Positions 44,694 to 58,162 of a stretch of DNA of 64,000 bases are shown in pieces. The stretch lies in the NCBI GenBank assembly GCA_964270895.1, contig OZ185441.1; one strand, 5' to 3'. The notes under the pieces are model-generated. The model had not been told where the DNA came from. It ran no database searches and saw only the letters and a program-made list of their open reading frames with translations. Position numbers and translations under genes: made by a program. Origin of the DNA: Podarcis filfolensis (lineage: Eukaryota). The stretch's first letter is position 1; each line of letters opens with the position of its first letter.

Positions 44694-47600
44694 TAATATA
44701 TGCATACTGATAACACATCACCAAATCTTTGGCTCAGCTGCCTCCCTAAAAGAAGCACCTATTTTCTCCTTAAGTCATGGAGTTTTCAGTAGCCAAGAGC
44801 AAGGGTTGAGCACACCCAGTCAGCTTGACTTCTCCATTTCTCTCTGTGCTGAGGTTGAACAAGCTGAAAGGTATTCACAAATGAGGGAATCAGAGGTATA
44901 TCCAGCACTGATCCTGTTAGAACTTAAGTGTTCAACTTGGCATGCATATAAATGTCTTTATGCGCAAAGTATTTTGAAAATTGGTCATAGCCAGCTATGA
45001 AGGGTTTGGGTAACTCCCCCAAGGGCATGATTGTAATAAGCTTCTCACCACCATTTAGCAGAATAAATTAGCAATTTGAAATGGGAAGATTAACAGGATG
45101 ATACAGAAAATGCCTGCAGGGTCACATATCTTAGCGAGAGTAAAGGGGCCTGATTAGAAGACTAAGAAATAATACCTCTAAAAATAAATCATAAAGCTTA
45201 AAGAATGTAACAGTTACCTTGGTTCCACAAAATGTGAAACAATACCTTCAACTGGTTTTCAAATGAAAGCAAGTTCTAAAGGCAGACATAATTATGCTTT
45301 AAAATTAATTTCTTCCCAATCCCAAATTGGGATATAACACAGGATCCTCTGCTCCACTTGCCTCAGCTTCACTGACCCCTGACCCCTGTTAGGTTTCCTG
45401 TTATTCTTTTTATTCTGGACAGCTGGTCTAGCATGAATGCTCCCAACAACAAAAAAATGATGGCTTGCAGTCCAATTAACATGATTTCTGTTGCCACTGA
45501 TTATTTCTTTCTCCTGAAATCCAGCGGGTTTGCTCCCTCAGACTCAGCTAAACAATCCATCAGCTGTTTAACCAGTATACATATATTCTAGACAACTACA
45601 TTTGAATGAAAATCCTTTGTACTTTCTTCTAAAAAGACCAATTGGTCCGAATGAAAGAATATGTTATCTCACTTGCTGTATGTTTTTTCGCAGTGAAATG
45701 TCTTGTTATTAAATTCTCCACAGACCCTTAGAGTTCAGGTACTTGTAACAGCTTCAATTTCTTGGCTCAGGTAACCTATTACTGAAAAAGGGTTCTAACA
45801 TTTAAAACAATGTGGGAATAGCTGTTCTCATTAAATACTGTCAGTCAGTGTGGGGTGAGTTATTATGCAAAATACATATCAAGAACTGGACAGAAATCAC
45901 AAAACTGACTTCAATTATAACCTCTGCTTGATCCTATCAAAAAGCAACTTCCGGGAATGGAAAGATTTCAAGGGCAAATGTTATTTATATTCCACTTTTA
46001 AGACCAGGAGAGAGGATTAGTTATCAAATACTTCGTTAACCAACATTCTGGCATGTGCACAACTTCAGCAAATGGTCTTTAGACAATTGTGAGGCAACCC
46101 TGCCTCTAACTTCTAAAGGTCATCTTGGATTCCCTCCTCCTCTAGTAAGTGAGGAATACTATTCCCTAAGCACATGCAACTTCCATGCAGCATTGGTAGT
46201 CGTTTATCTCCTTCCTCTTTCCCATGGGCTGCATCTTCCATGACTACTGCATCTGGTTGGTCTCCTCTTTTGACGGGGTAGGAAAGTGTCTTGAAGATGG
46301 CATGGTGGACTCATCCTATGGCTCTAGGAACCTGCATTCAATATGTATATCCACCACCATTTTGGTGCAACCCTTCTTCCACTGATAGTGCCGGAATATG
46401 AAGCTGGCAGTGTATTTTGAATGGAATAAATGTACAATAGGCTGTTTCTAAATTGTACTCTGAATTCAATTCAGGAGCATGACTCATTGGAAAACTAGAA
46501 AATGTTTCACAGATTTTAGAAAAGAAAATGCCCAGGTAACTCCTAGAATGTGGTCTTTCTTAGATCCCTTGTGCGCAATACAATTACACTGGAAGAGTTT
46601 CTCATTCTCCATGCCAAGAAAGCACTGAGGTTCAGTTTTCACCATTCTAGACTGTTGCTTCATCTTGAAAACTGCATATCATAAACAGATTTGGCAACCA
46701 AAGCTCTTAGACACATAGCCCTGTCAGCCAGCAGACAAGAATGATGGGGCTAATAAATGCCTCTGCTCCAAACGCTTTCTAAGAAGCAGAAGATGGAGCC
46801 AGAGTGCAAAGGCAGCAAAGCATAAAGGCTTCTACATCAATCCGAGCCAAGAGTGCTTTATGTTTCTGAATTCAAAACTATTGTGTGGGCTGTTGTTGTT
46901 GTGTGTATAACACTAAAACAAAATGAAAGCAACGGGAAAGCGCAACTGAAAATTGAAATAATCCAGAACAGAAAACCAAAACAGAAGAACGAACAAAAGC
47001 ATATGAAAACATGAGTTAAGCTTCTTGCAGAATGTCAGGAGAGATGGAACCAAACATGCGGTCTTGGAGGAATGGCTGGTGACAGCTTTGAGAAACCCTT
47101 GAGAAGATGGGTCCCCTCATGGATCTGTGAGGTTCCAGTAGGCTTACCTGATGGTAAAACTAAGTTGTCCTTGAGTTGTGGAAAGGTGTCTAGAAGTCTT
47201 CATTTTTGTTTCCCCAAATACCTTCCAAATAGTGTCACTCTCGGGCATTATAGGGAAATAAAATGGTGGCCTGTTGCCAGAAAACAGTTGATAAAAAGGG
47301 TGAAAGCTGCCAACAGGTGACAGGTGCTGACACCAGGCCTTCACTGAAGGGTGTTCTGCTTCAGAAACTGCAGGAAGGTTCACAAAAGATTCCCTGAGAT
47401 CACCGGATCCAGACAATAGAAGATTATGTGAGCAGTAGCCCCAAACACATTGGCAATTCCACATATCACACAATTAAAACACATTCCCCCAGCCCACACA
47501 AAAGAACCCTGGGAACTTTAATTTACTCTTCACAGAGCTACAATTACCAGTAATTTTATCAAACCACAGTTCCCAGGATTAGTGGTGGTTTTGCATTGCT

Positions 47601-49189
47601 GTGTGTATTTTTGGTGGGGTGTGCATTAGATGTATGGTGTGTAAGCAGCCACTACCCAGCTGCCACATTCATCACTAGCTACTGCTTCTGAACAAACCTT
47701 AAGGGAAGCCCCATATAAGATGAAGAAGAATAGCCTAGTATTGAGGTTACCAATGGTTCCAGCTGGTGTATCAGCCAAGGGTGATGAAATATGTTCCTTA
47801 GGCCTTTGTCAGGAAAGATAATATGTTTGTGTGTGATGTTAGAAAAGGAAAGAGAGCAAACAATCTGAGTAAACTCAAATATTTTAATTTTAAAACAGCT
47901 GTTGCTATTAAGTATTTGCATTCTCTTTGCAGAAACCATGCATGTCATCTGTCGCTTAAGACTTTTTGTCTTCTGAATTCATGCTGTTATGTTCAAGGAA
48001 ACCCAGTCTGTGTTAATTAAAATAATTTCATGTTGTGGAGTAGGCAGTAGAACCTTGCATACCTTATTTTTATTCTTCGTTCCTGAAAATTAAGTGAATA
48101 GCAGCATCTGCTGCATTAGAAATAATTATTTGGTTTTTTGAAAAGGACAAAAGACGCCCACAATGCACAATGAAGAATGTTACATATTTGTGTTCCAGGA
48201 GTGTAATTACTTTTCCATAGTAGAACTCCACAAAAGCATTTAATTTTTTCCATCCTCCTGAATTATTTCTCTCTATTAAGTTATATTTTACTCTTGCCAC
48301 TTCATTAATTTTAGTAATTCTTCCAGTTTTTGAATTCCATGTACATTTTTACTCAGTTCTGAATGCTTTCAAGAATTTGAAAACCACAGAATATAGAATG
48401 CATCTGGTGCTAGCCTAGCATTAATTAGAAACAACTAAATATTGGCTGCATTTGAACATAATGATAAACTATTTATTGTTATGGGAATGAGTGACAGCAA
48501 GCCACAGGCTTGCCCCTCCCTTTTCCTCCTCTGGCATGGCTGCAAGTAGATCAGAAGCTCGCACTTCCATTTTTGCAATTTATCCTTTATGTTCAAATCT
48601 GGACAAAGTTTGGTTTGCCTTAACTACTGTTGTTGTTGTTTTAATGAGCCAATTTTAAGATTTGGTTTAAGGAAGAGGCTTGCTTCAACCAGCCATAGTT
48701 AAGATGAACCATAGTTTAGGGTGCAGGCATAATGCAAAACTGTGGTTTATCAAAAATGGAGGTAAAAGCCTCCATTGGGTCCTTTGTGGCAGCATGAGAA
48801 GAAGAGTGAGGCGCATGCCCAAGCTTCACTGGGGCTTATTCCCATAATGATCATGTGTAGATTTTGTTAGGCCCAAACACTACCCTATTCTATTGGGATA
48901 TACCAAATTTTCATAATGTTCAGAGAGCTTTGTGCCATTTTAGGGGTGGGCAAAATGTTCTCTGAAAGAACTACAAACCTTTAGATAACATTCATTTCAT
49001 TGGACAATGCCTGTGTGACATTTTAGTCATCATGTCTCTGTTGTAAAACCACATTTCCACATTTCCAGGCTTCTGGCTTCATTTCTCTGTAACGCAAGTG
49101 TCACGGGTATGTTTTTTCCACAGCTACAGCTGCTTCATAGATATGGCTATTGCAGGACCAAGACAACCTGTTCACAATCACCCATTCTC

Positions 49190-49740
49190 TTCGCTTGAGT
49201 ATTTTAACACATTAATAGTTGGGATGCCCTTGAAAATGGTCCAGACTCTACAAAAAAGTAATTGTGGCCACCATGATGTTGAGCAACATAGCCTATCACA
49301 ACTGAATATCATTGGTATTACAAGATCTGCACTGATTGTCTGAATGCTACCAGGGCCAACTGAAGGTGTTGCTGCTGAAATATAAAACCCAGAATGACTT
49401 GGGACTCCGATATCTGAAGAAACACCTCTCCCTTTATCAACCTGACTGGGCCCTGAGGTCTGCAAGAAAGGCCTTTCTGAAGGTCCCACCAGTTAGACAT
49501 TGGGTGATGACTCAGGGTCTTTTATGTGGTGGCATCTTGGTTACTGAACTCCATTTGGCACCAACAATGCATGGAGGGGTTCAGCTGACAATCTAGCTGT
49601 TCATTAAGTATTTTGGGTAATTGCAGACTGCCTTTCTACTGTTGGTTTGGTGTGGGTTATCATTTTAATTTGTTAAATTGCATTTTGATGATAAATTTCA
49701 CTGTGTGTAAACTGTTCTAGAGTTGTTTATGATTAGCAAT
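49190..49740 (+). mobile_element. Old L2 3' fragment
   Basis: GMPLKMVQTLQ, ...LKVLLLKYKTQNDLGLRYLKKHL..YQP..LRS, then 3' UTR motifs. Confidence 0.75.
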
Positions 49741-49849
49741 GGTAAATAAATCAACTGAATAAATATTATGTTGATGTTCTCCCTCCAAGCAGGGTGCCAG
49801 CTGAGTGAGAAAGACCTACAGAACTGAGACCATGAACTTTAATGTTTCA

Positions 49850-49853
<4 letters not shown>

Positions 49854-49904
<51 letters not shown>

Positions 49905-49906
49905 CT
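49854..49906. repeat. (CT)n microsatellite grading into (CA)n
   Basis: Read directly from the sequence. Confidence 0.95.
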
Positions 49907-51121
49907 CACACACACATATTGTGGGATCACACCATACAGAATTGGTTCCCACTTGGCTATAAAGGCACATCAAAAGGGCTATAATATGAATGATATGGTT
50001 GAAAAGGTGGCATAATGTGAATTGGTATGTAGAGAATCCATTCTACCTAGGGACTTGGGGTTGGAGAGCATGAAGTCCAGTTCAAATAAAATCTAGTCCT
50101 GTAATTCTGTGATCATGCTCGGTTTTTCTCCTCAAAATAGGCCTATTAGGCTAGTTGAAGTAAGTCTGAAAGGCATGGCCTCTACACTTGATGACAGGAG
50201 ATAAAGATGGATTTGGGAGTCTAAGAAAAAGTTAGGCCTTGAGGGCGGAAAATCATATTGTGCAGCCTGTAAGATGCAGCCATTTTTCAAAATAGTTTTC
50301 CATACTTCGCTGACATGAATTATGTATTAATGTTTCCTGGTTTCATCACAAGGAGCGTATGAATATTCACAAATTATTCTCTTGTGTAACCATGAATATG
50401 CATGGTCGAGCCAAGAATGGCAAAGTGTAGAACCTGATCATGAATATTTACATCCTATATAAAGTTAAACCGTGTCACTGGATGATATAGCACCTACTCT
50501 GAGATTCCTCTCTTGGTAGTAGGTGAAGTGCTGCAATATGCTAATGAAATAACCACCATTTGGCACGGAGTTTAGTGAGGAAATTCCCTCCTTCTTTATA
50601 GTCGCAAACCTTTCCCCACCAGAGAAAAAGGGATTATTGATTTCATTTTTCAGCTGAAAGCAAATAACTCTCTTATACAGCCATTTCTGCCACCACCTTC
50701 CATCCCACCATTCCAAGCCAAACAGAAATGTGACTCCAGGAAGGAAGGGAAAAAAGAGAGGATGTGTTCATATTACTGTTTTAAAAGACATTGAGGTTAT
50801 TTTCCCCTGCTGTGTTTCAAATCACATGTGCTTGTTGCTGCACACATCATTGTGGTTGGAGGTGTTCCCAAGTTGCCTGCTTTCTGTCCACACCAGTGGG
50901 CAGAGAAAGAGAGTGTGTAGATGTCTTCCTTTGCCTTACATTTTCAAATAAGATCAAATCTAGTTTGAGGGGAGAGAACACATGAAAATGCAGTATTTCT
51001 CAAGAAATTACATTATAGTGGGCAATGTCATATGCACAATGCTTCACACAGCAACAGTGGGAGAGCACTGGATGCAGAGCAAATAGGAATGTGTATGCAG
51101 CAAGTAAATTAGTTTTTAGAG

Positions 51122-51266
51122 TACATAGAATCATAGAATTGTAGAGTTGGAAGGGACCATGAAGACCATCTAGTCCAAACTCCTGCAATGCAGGGATCTT
51201 TTGCCCAACATGGGGCTGGAACCCCCATCCCTATTATTAAGAGTCTCATACTCTACCAGCTGAGCA
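51122..51266 (-). mobile_element. tRNA-headed SINE with CR1 3' tail (Squam3-like)
   Basis: Minus head GCTCAGCTGGTAGAGTATGAGACTCTTAAT; tail GGTCCCTTCCAACTCTACAATTCTATGATTCTATG. Confidence 0.8.
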
Positions 51267-51552
51267 ATCCCAGGCTATAGCTAGTGGTCTGCATTTGCCT
51301 TTTTTCATTTCCAATTTTTATTCTCACAAAAGCAATGGCAGGTAAATTAGGCTGAGAAGTACTGTTCTGCCCAGTGTCACTCAATGAGCTTCATGGCTGA
51401 GTGGGAATTTGGAGTCCTTCCAACATGCTACCTGCTACACTACAAATGTAGTGAACATTACTGACTTGGTGAGCCACAAGTAGTGCACAGAGTCTGACTG
51501 TGGTTGAATTGCACCTTTCATTTGCAATATTCTAGTCCTCCTTTTGTCATCA

Positions 51553-51830
51553 CAGTCATACCTCGGGTTATAGACACTTCAGGTTGTGGGTTTTTTTGGG
51601 TTACAGACCGTTGAAACCCGGAAGTACCGGAACAGGTTACTTCCGGGTTACGGTGGTCGCGCATGTGCAGAAGCACTAAATTGTGCTTTGTGCATGTGCA
51701 GAAGCGCTGAATCGCAACCAGCGCATGTGCAGACATGCAGCTGCGGGTTGCGAACTTTGCTTGTTGCGAACACTGCGGGTTGTGAATGTGCATCCCGCAT
51801 GGATCACATTCGCAACCCGAGCGTCCACTG
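51553..51830. mobile_element. Tigger/pogo-like MITE of a second family, 278 bp
   Basis: Imperfect TIRs CAGTCATACCTCGGGTT and AACCCGAGCGTCCACTG, right flank TA, internal repeated GCGCATGTGCAGA. Confidence 0.8.
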
Positions 51831-53769
51831 TACTGCTTTTTAGGGAATGACCTGATTGCAAAGCATGCACGTCCCTAGCCACAGAAATTCAAGCAGATTA
51901 TGAGATCTTTATTGAAACTAAGACATACACATAAATTATAAAAGGAAACCATATCAAAGAACGGGTGAACAGCAACAGATGGAAACTTTATTAAAATATA
52001 ATCTAAGCTAGCCTCGCCTGTGCACAGATTGCCATCGCCAAATATTGCTGCGTGCAAATGCGTGCCCAGATCATTCAGAAACATATGGATTTTTTAGCTG
52101 TCACCTGAACAATGTTAGAAAAGGCTAGGGAGAACATAGAAATATAGGGTGAGATCCAACAGAATGCTAGCTGCAACAGCAAGTATGGTTAGAATGTTAG
52201 TTGTGCTAAGGGTTGTGCAACATCTTACCTATGCACAAGGCATTTATTAGATGCTTCTGTTGTGATGTACTAGGAAAAGGGGTCCCACTAGCTCATGCAT
52301 AGGTTGTTGTTTTTTTCGTTCTTTAGCCGTAAAGCATATTCAAAAATAAATCATTAAAAAATAGACACAGGCCCATTCAAAGGCCCACATAGCTAATTTT
52401 GTGGACTCAAGGGAGTGTTGGACTTGTGTTTCTCAAACAGTATCCCCCTATGGCATACACTTTTGAAGCTGGGAATGCAACCTTATACCTCACTTAACTT
52501 GAGAATGTGCCCCATCTAACTTGATAGGGACTGCTTTTGAATAAGCATGTTATCGTCTTACATTGTAAGAGAGCTTTCAAAGCTATTAAATGCATGACAT
52601 AATGGTGGGATGTTCAAAAAAGGAACAAGCAAAATATGCCACTAAGGATACCCAAGACTTTGGGTGCATCTAAATTAGTTTTTTAGATCTTAGCTGTAAG
52701 GCATACAATTTCTGCAGAGAATAGCTGCATTTTGTTAAAAAAAGGAAAAAGTGGGGTGACCAGCTGCTTACATCCTTCTCTTACTTATTCATTAAGCATA
52801 AAAATCAAACACTCAACTAGCTATATATTTCATTTAAAATTCAAAATCAGTTAGAGCCTTTCTTAGCTGTTACCTGTGCTCAGATAGCTACTTGAAAGTT
52901 TCCATTTATCAGCTGGAGAACAGGGACTACAAGGAATTTTACTGTTGCTTTTCCATACAGTCAGTCCTTGAAGCAACCTCCAGATTTTTACTTCTCTGGA
53001 ATACAATGTCAGTTCTGTAATCACACTGTAAATACATTGGTAGGTGGAAGTCAGGTCATGAATAGGTGGAAGCAACCATTTCATGAAAATTCTTCCTGCT
53101 TACCCACTACTTACCCAATTGCCACCCAGCTGTTGCCTGGGAAGGGCCTTCTCTGTAGTGGCACCTACCTTGGGGAATGTCTAGCTTAGTGTGACCCATC
53201 AAGAGAAATATTTGATGCCCTCTTGCTAATAGGCAAAGGCCTACCTTTTAAAAAAATAAAAAAATAAAAATGTCCTCCCAAGTGCTTGCTGGTTGAATTT
53301 CTTGTTGCTTTCATCGTGGTCCTGATTCACGGGTTAGTCTGAAGCTTACCCTGCATTCCTAACCATGTATACTCAGAAGTAAATGCCACTGAATTCAGTT
53401 GGGATGTATGTGGGATTAGAACTGCAGGTTTAGCCATGCTTAGACCCACTGAAATCTATGGGACTTAAGTTAGCAACGACTTATTGAAGTCCCAGTGATT
53501 TCAGTCTACTCCAAACCTGACAAAGTCTGCATCCAGCCTTTTTAATACTTTCACATTTTATTCAACATAGTTGAGGATTTAAGGTAACTCATTTTGTTTC
53601 TTATTGTGTTTTATATTCTGAGCTGCCTTGATTGTAGGTTGCACAAGAAAGTGACAGCAACCAGTAAACATGATGTCAATTGTACCTGAAGTTTCCTGAA
53701 GTTGAAACAATTCAGGGCTGTTCAGTTCATGTGAATATACCTAAAGCATTTTTCCTACGCTGCACTTTG

Positions 53770-53875
53770 CTAATTGGGGAACAATTCGAACTCACATCAA
53801 GGGCTGTATGTTGCAGGGGGTTGGACTTGATGACCCTTGGGATCCCTTCCAATTCTACAATTCTATAATTCTAGG
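53770..53875 (+). mobile_element. Squam3-like SINE or CR1 3' end, degraded
   Basis: GGGTTGGACTTGATGACCCTTGGGATCCCTTCCAATTCTACAATTCTATAATTCTA. Confidence 0.75.
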
Positions 53876-56610
53876 ACCTGAGAACATTTGGGCCCCAGCG
53901 AGCGATCAAATCTTGTGGAAGGTCACCAAACCCAAAACTTTTAGCCTTCAAACACGCCCCCCCCCAAAGTCTCTAATGTCACCTCTCCTTTCTCCTTGCT
54001 TTAAATTTAAGCATGGCAAATATATTATGGGAAATCCAGTACGAGTCTTTATCACTCCTAATACATTATGCAGCAGTCTGCGGTTAAGCCGAACCATGCC
54101 CTCCCCATCCATTTGATCTATCTTCCCTTCCAGGTTGAAATCCTTATTCTCCGAGATAAATTTAGTCTGGAGTTTCCAGGGAGGTGAAATAAATAAAAAT
54201 GCCCTTTGTTGCTACAAATTTCTACTCAAAAGGTGTTCAGTGCAGTTTCACGTCTCACCGGGGACCACAGTAAATACGCATCTGTTTGCCCATGTGTTAG
54301 CTAAAAGGGCAGCTTTTATAGTTTGTACCAGGGGAAGGTTCACTGCCTAAGGACAGAGTTAAATTTCTTCCCTTCTTCTAAATCTGCTTAGCCTCATAAG
54401 TTGAACACCACAACACTGTGAAGGTGCACATATTCACTCCCCCCCCCCGCCTCTCTCTCATTTGGTCATGCCTTTCTCAAACTGCAAACTTTCAGTGTTC
54501 TCAACCATCTGTTCTTTAACCTGTTCAAACATCAGCATTAAAGTTTGCAGAATCTTGTGATCTTTACTTTCCAGCTGAAAAGCACAAGAACCTGTGCCTC
54601 TGCCCCACTAATAAAATTGTGGTTTTCTTCTGCTTTTTCTGCCTGCAGTCTCTGAAATCCTTTTAGAAGCCAGATACATAAATCAGATGTGCACTAGGAT
54701 GGCACATCCACATACAGTACGGAAGCTGTCTATTGATACTGTGATAGCGCCAGGGTGCCTCTATTTTACCTTCACACCTTCATTTTGTCTGTAGTCATCA
54801 CACTGGCAGAGGCTAGCAGCTAATGGTGATGGCGTTTGACTGTCTGGACCAGCCTCCAGCTTCCAATGGAATGGAAAGGATGCCCCATGGCCCCAGACCA
54901 ATGTTCCTACACCCCAATGCAAACACCTTAGCACTCATTAATCGACAAGAACAAGTGCACTGTTGTGACTTTTCACCTGGCACCAGTTCACCCATCAGGT
55001 ATCTGTGATCCCTTTTTAGAAAGCAGCCCTTTCATCTCCACCCTTTTGTTCCTTTGGTGAGGGGAGGAAACACATCTGCAGTAGACACCCTTGCCTTTTT
55101 CCCCTTATAATTGCCTCGTCGCTTCTGTGCTTAGTGTGCTTTCAAGAAAGCAATCCTGCTGGCAATCTCTCCTGCCTTTCCTCCATTCTGCCTGCGTGAC
55201 TCTTTAAACTTCAGCTGGAAGCACATCTTTGAAGTCCACCATGCAATGTTCCTGCACAATGGAAGTCCTACTGTGACCCGGGAACACCTGGTCTCACTTT
55301 GCTTTGGGATATAACACACTCCCAATGGTTTCTCCTCTGCCACTCTAATCATCTCAGCAGAAAGATAATGAAAAATGCATATATCCCCCCCACTCCATTT
55401 CCCCCCTCAATAAAGGTTTGCATCAATGTGGTAAAAATAAAATAAAAAATAAAAATCACAGTCCCAATTATGTGGGGAATCCTGCTGCATGAAGGCAACC
55501 CCAATGGGGAAAAGGTTTGATGTGCCTTCTATGCAGTTTCTGGTTTACATGCCCCAGCTCTGGGCTGATGAGATGACAAAGAATTGCCCCACTCCCGGTG
55601 GTTCTGATGCTTTTGAGATTGAATTATGGAAAGAAAGAAACCTCTCAGAAGGGATGGTGCAACATTTCTTCATTTCCTGCCCTTCATCTCTAGTGACCAA
55701 TTTTACAATCCAGCTCAGCAGAACCCTGATGGGTCCCCCTTGAGTATTCTCTGAACAAATGCATTTGGAACTTTGCAGCCACAGGACCATGATTAGATAA
55801 TAAAATGCATTCAAGCGTGACACAAGGTTTACCAGAGCTGCTGACAGTCACTTGTTAACACTTTCCTGGGAGCGATGGAGAAGTACATATGCATCCTCAC
55901 AAAGGCTCCCCGAGCCTCGTGTTAATACCAGTTTTTAGACTGTTTAAGGCACAAAGGCTATTTATAGACAATGGCTAAGCACTTTCCCTTAACTCCCGCA
56001 TCATAATTTATTTCTCCTGCATCTCATCCGCACTGATCTTTCTTTCAAAGTGAGGGCTTAGAACTAATAAATAAGTAATTGCTGCTCATTATTCAGGAAT
56101 GTCATTAGTAATGCAACCCATTGGAGAACTCTAATAAGAGTTGAAGCACGCTCAAATGCAAACTCTACATTTTTGCAGTACTCAACTAAAGGAACTGGAG
56201 GCCTCTTTGAAACACACATAAACACACACGTTTTGTGATTTTACAGAAAGCCACTAGGACCATGGAGAGCTGCCTTACCCCAAGTCAGAGTGCTGATCCA
56301 TCTGTAGTTCAGTATTGTCTGTATAAAAGGCCTTCCGCCAACCTGGCACCTGCCAGATGTTTTGGACTACAACTCCCATCATTCCTGGCCATTAACCATG
56401 CTAGTTGGGGGTTATGGGAGTTCTAGCCCAAAATACATGGAAGATTCCAGGTTGTGGGTGGCTGTTCCACACTTACGGTAAGAAGCTATCCATGGTTTCA
56501 AACAGGGTCTTTCACAGCCCTGCATAGAGATGCCAGGCAAAAGTATATGGCCTACCACTGACCTAAACTCTTTCCCCTTTCTCAGCATCCTCTGACCTAT
56601 ATGAATTAGA

Positions 56611-56614
<4 letters not shown>

Positions 56615-56677
<63 letters not shown>
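56615..56677. repeat. Compound (TC)n-(AC)n microsatellite
   Basis: Read directly from the sequence. Confidence 0.95.
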
Positions 56678-56678
<1 letters not shown>

Positions 56679-56699
56679 GCAGCATTTGATCACACAGCG

Positions 56700-56870
56700 C
56701 TTTAGTGACAGGCAGTTGATTGATATCCATTTAAAACAACTGCACCCCACTTGCCACTATTTAGTGAGCACACCAGCTACAAATCCACCTAACAGTTACC
56801 TTGTCCAGCCTACATTTTGCCAGCTGCTCCACAAGAATACCATGAGGGGGCTTTGTCAAAAGCCTTACTA
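56700..56870 (-). mobile_element. CR1 reverse-transcriptase fragment
   Basis: Minus strand reads SKAFDK.PHGILVEQLAK..GLDKVTVRWICSW, a degenerate CR1 RT segment. Confidence 0.75.
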
Positions 56871-57683
56871 ACACCATGATACACCTCAGAGTTTTACTTT
56901 ATACTATTTATTCTAGGGCTGTCCCTGATTACTGGGTTTCTCACACCTAGATGCAACACCAAATCTCTAATTCAGTCTAACTTGTCTAGGTTGTACGAAA
57001 CTTATTTGTCTCAGGCAGTTCATTTTTCTCAGAGCTGTTTCAGAAGTGACAAAAAGAAAAAGACAGAATAGAATGCCCAATTGGCCTGAGTGTCCGTGTC
57101 TTGTCTGAAATTGATCTTCACATCTCTGCAGGTGATTGAGGAAAAGATGGAGAAGTGCAGGGAACAGGAAATGAAGATTAATAGTGCTTCTTTCCCTCCC
57201 CACACTCATCTGTTGCTAGCTCAAAGCATTAGGAACATAGTCTATATACAGCTAGGCTCTCAAAACAAAATGCAGATTAAAAGCAAACATATCCAAGCCT
57301 AATTTATGATTTATGATCTCCCGATGTCAATTCTAGTTCATCTTTCAGTGTAAATTCACAGGTGAGGATTCTTCTTCTGGTGCATTTTTTCTTAGCTTTC
57401 ACTTTTCATCATTAACTAGCAAGAAAAAGATAAGTATTGGACTGTATTGACTGTAACATCCAATTGTACCTATCTAAATCACTGCATGAGCAGAATGCCT
57501 TTTTGCTTTAAGAATGAAACTTCCCCTCCTTCTCCTCCCCCTGCATGCCTTCTGTACTCACCAACAAATGTGCTCTGCGGTTTCCCCAACCACCTAGAGA
57601 AGATTTAAGGGAAGGCCACACAGTGGATGGAGAAATTCCATGAGCAGAAGTTTACCCATTCAGACATTGATTTAGTTGGGTAC

Positions 57684-58162
57684 TGTCATGAATGAGCCAG
57701 CTCCCAGTGAAGGTTTGCAGCGAACTGAAGAAAGCAGCCAGGAACAGAGAGGCTTAACTGCCATGCGGGATGAACATCGGCTAGTGCCAACTCCCCCACC
57801 CCTTGGAATGTCAGTTGATAAGGGAATGGCTGAGAGCAGGCTGGAACCCAGCCAATGCTCTCGGGAAGTGCAAACTGGCGGGATCAGAGAAGGAAGCAGT
57901 TTGTCAGAACGGGAGCTGAGCCAATCCCTCCTAAGAGTAGGCTAAGGGCAGGGCTGTTAGACCGGAAACAAAGCAAGAGACACAAAGTGAGAAAGTTCAA
58001 AATCTTCTGTAACTGGAAGAAGTCTTCAGAAGGGTCATCTTGATTGATGATGGCGGAGGCTGTGTTAAGCCGTCTGGTGCTATCTGTTGTTTCGACAATA
58101 AATAATCCTTTTTAATTAACTACACTTACTGTGTCATCAAGCCGCGGACTGGACTCCTGACA
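57684..58162 (+). mobile_element. Solo LTR (Gypsy-like), 479 bp
   Basis: Termini TGTCA...TGACA, perfect 5-bp TSD GGTAC at 57679-57683 and 58163-58167, AATAAA at about 58098. Confidence 0.88.

Noticed and set aside
54795-54998. AG/GT-bounded 204-nt segment with an internal ORF (MVMAFDCLDQPP...)
   Set aside because: All three frames have stops just after the acceptor, the donor GTATCT is weak, and I recognise no homology.
57676-57945. 89-aa ORF at the LTR start
   Set aside because: It begins outside the LTR at a non-ATG codon and is contained in LTR sequence, with no gag or pol motifs.
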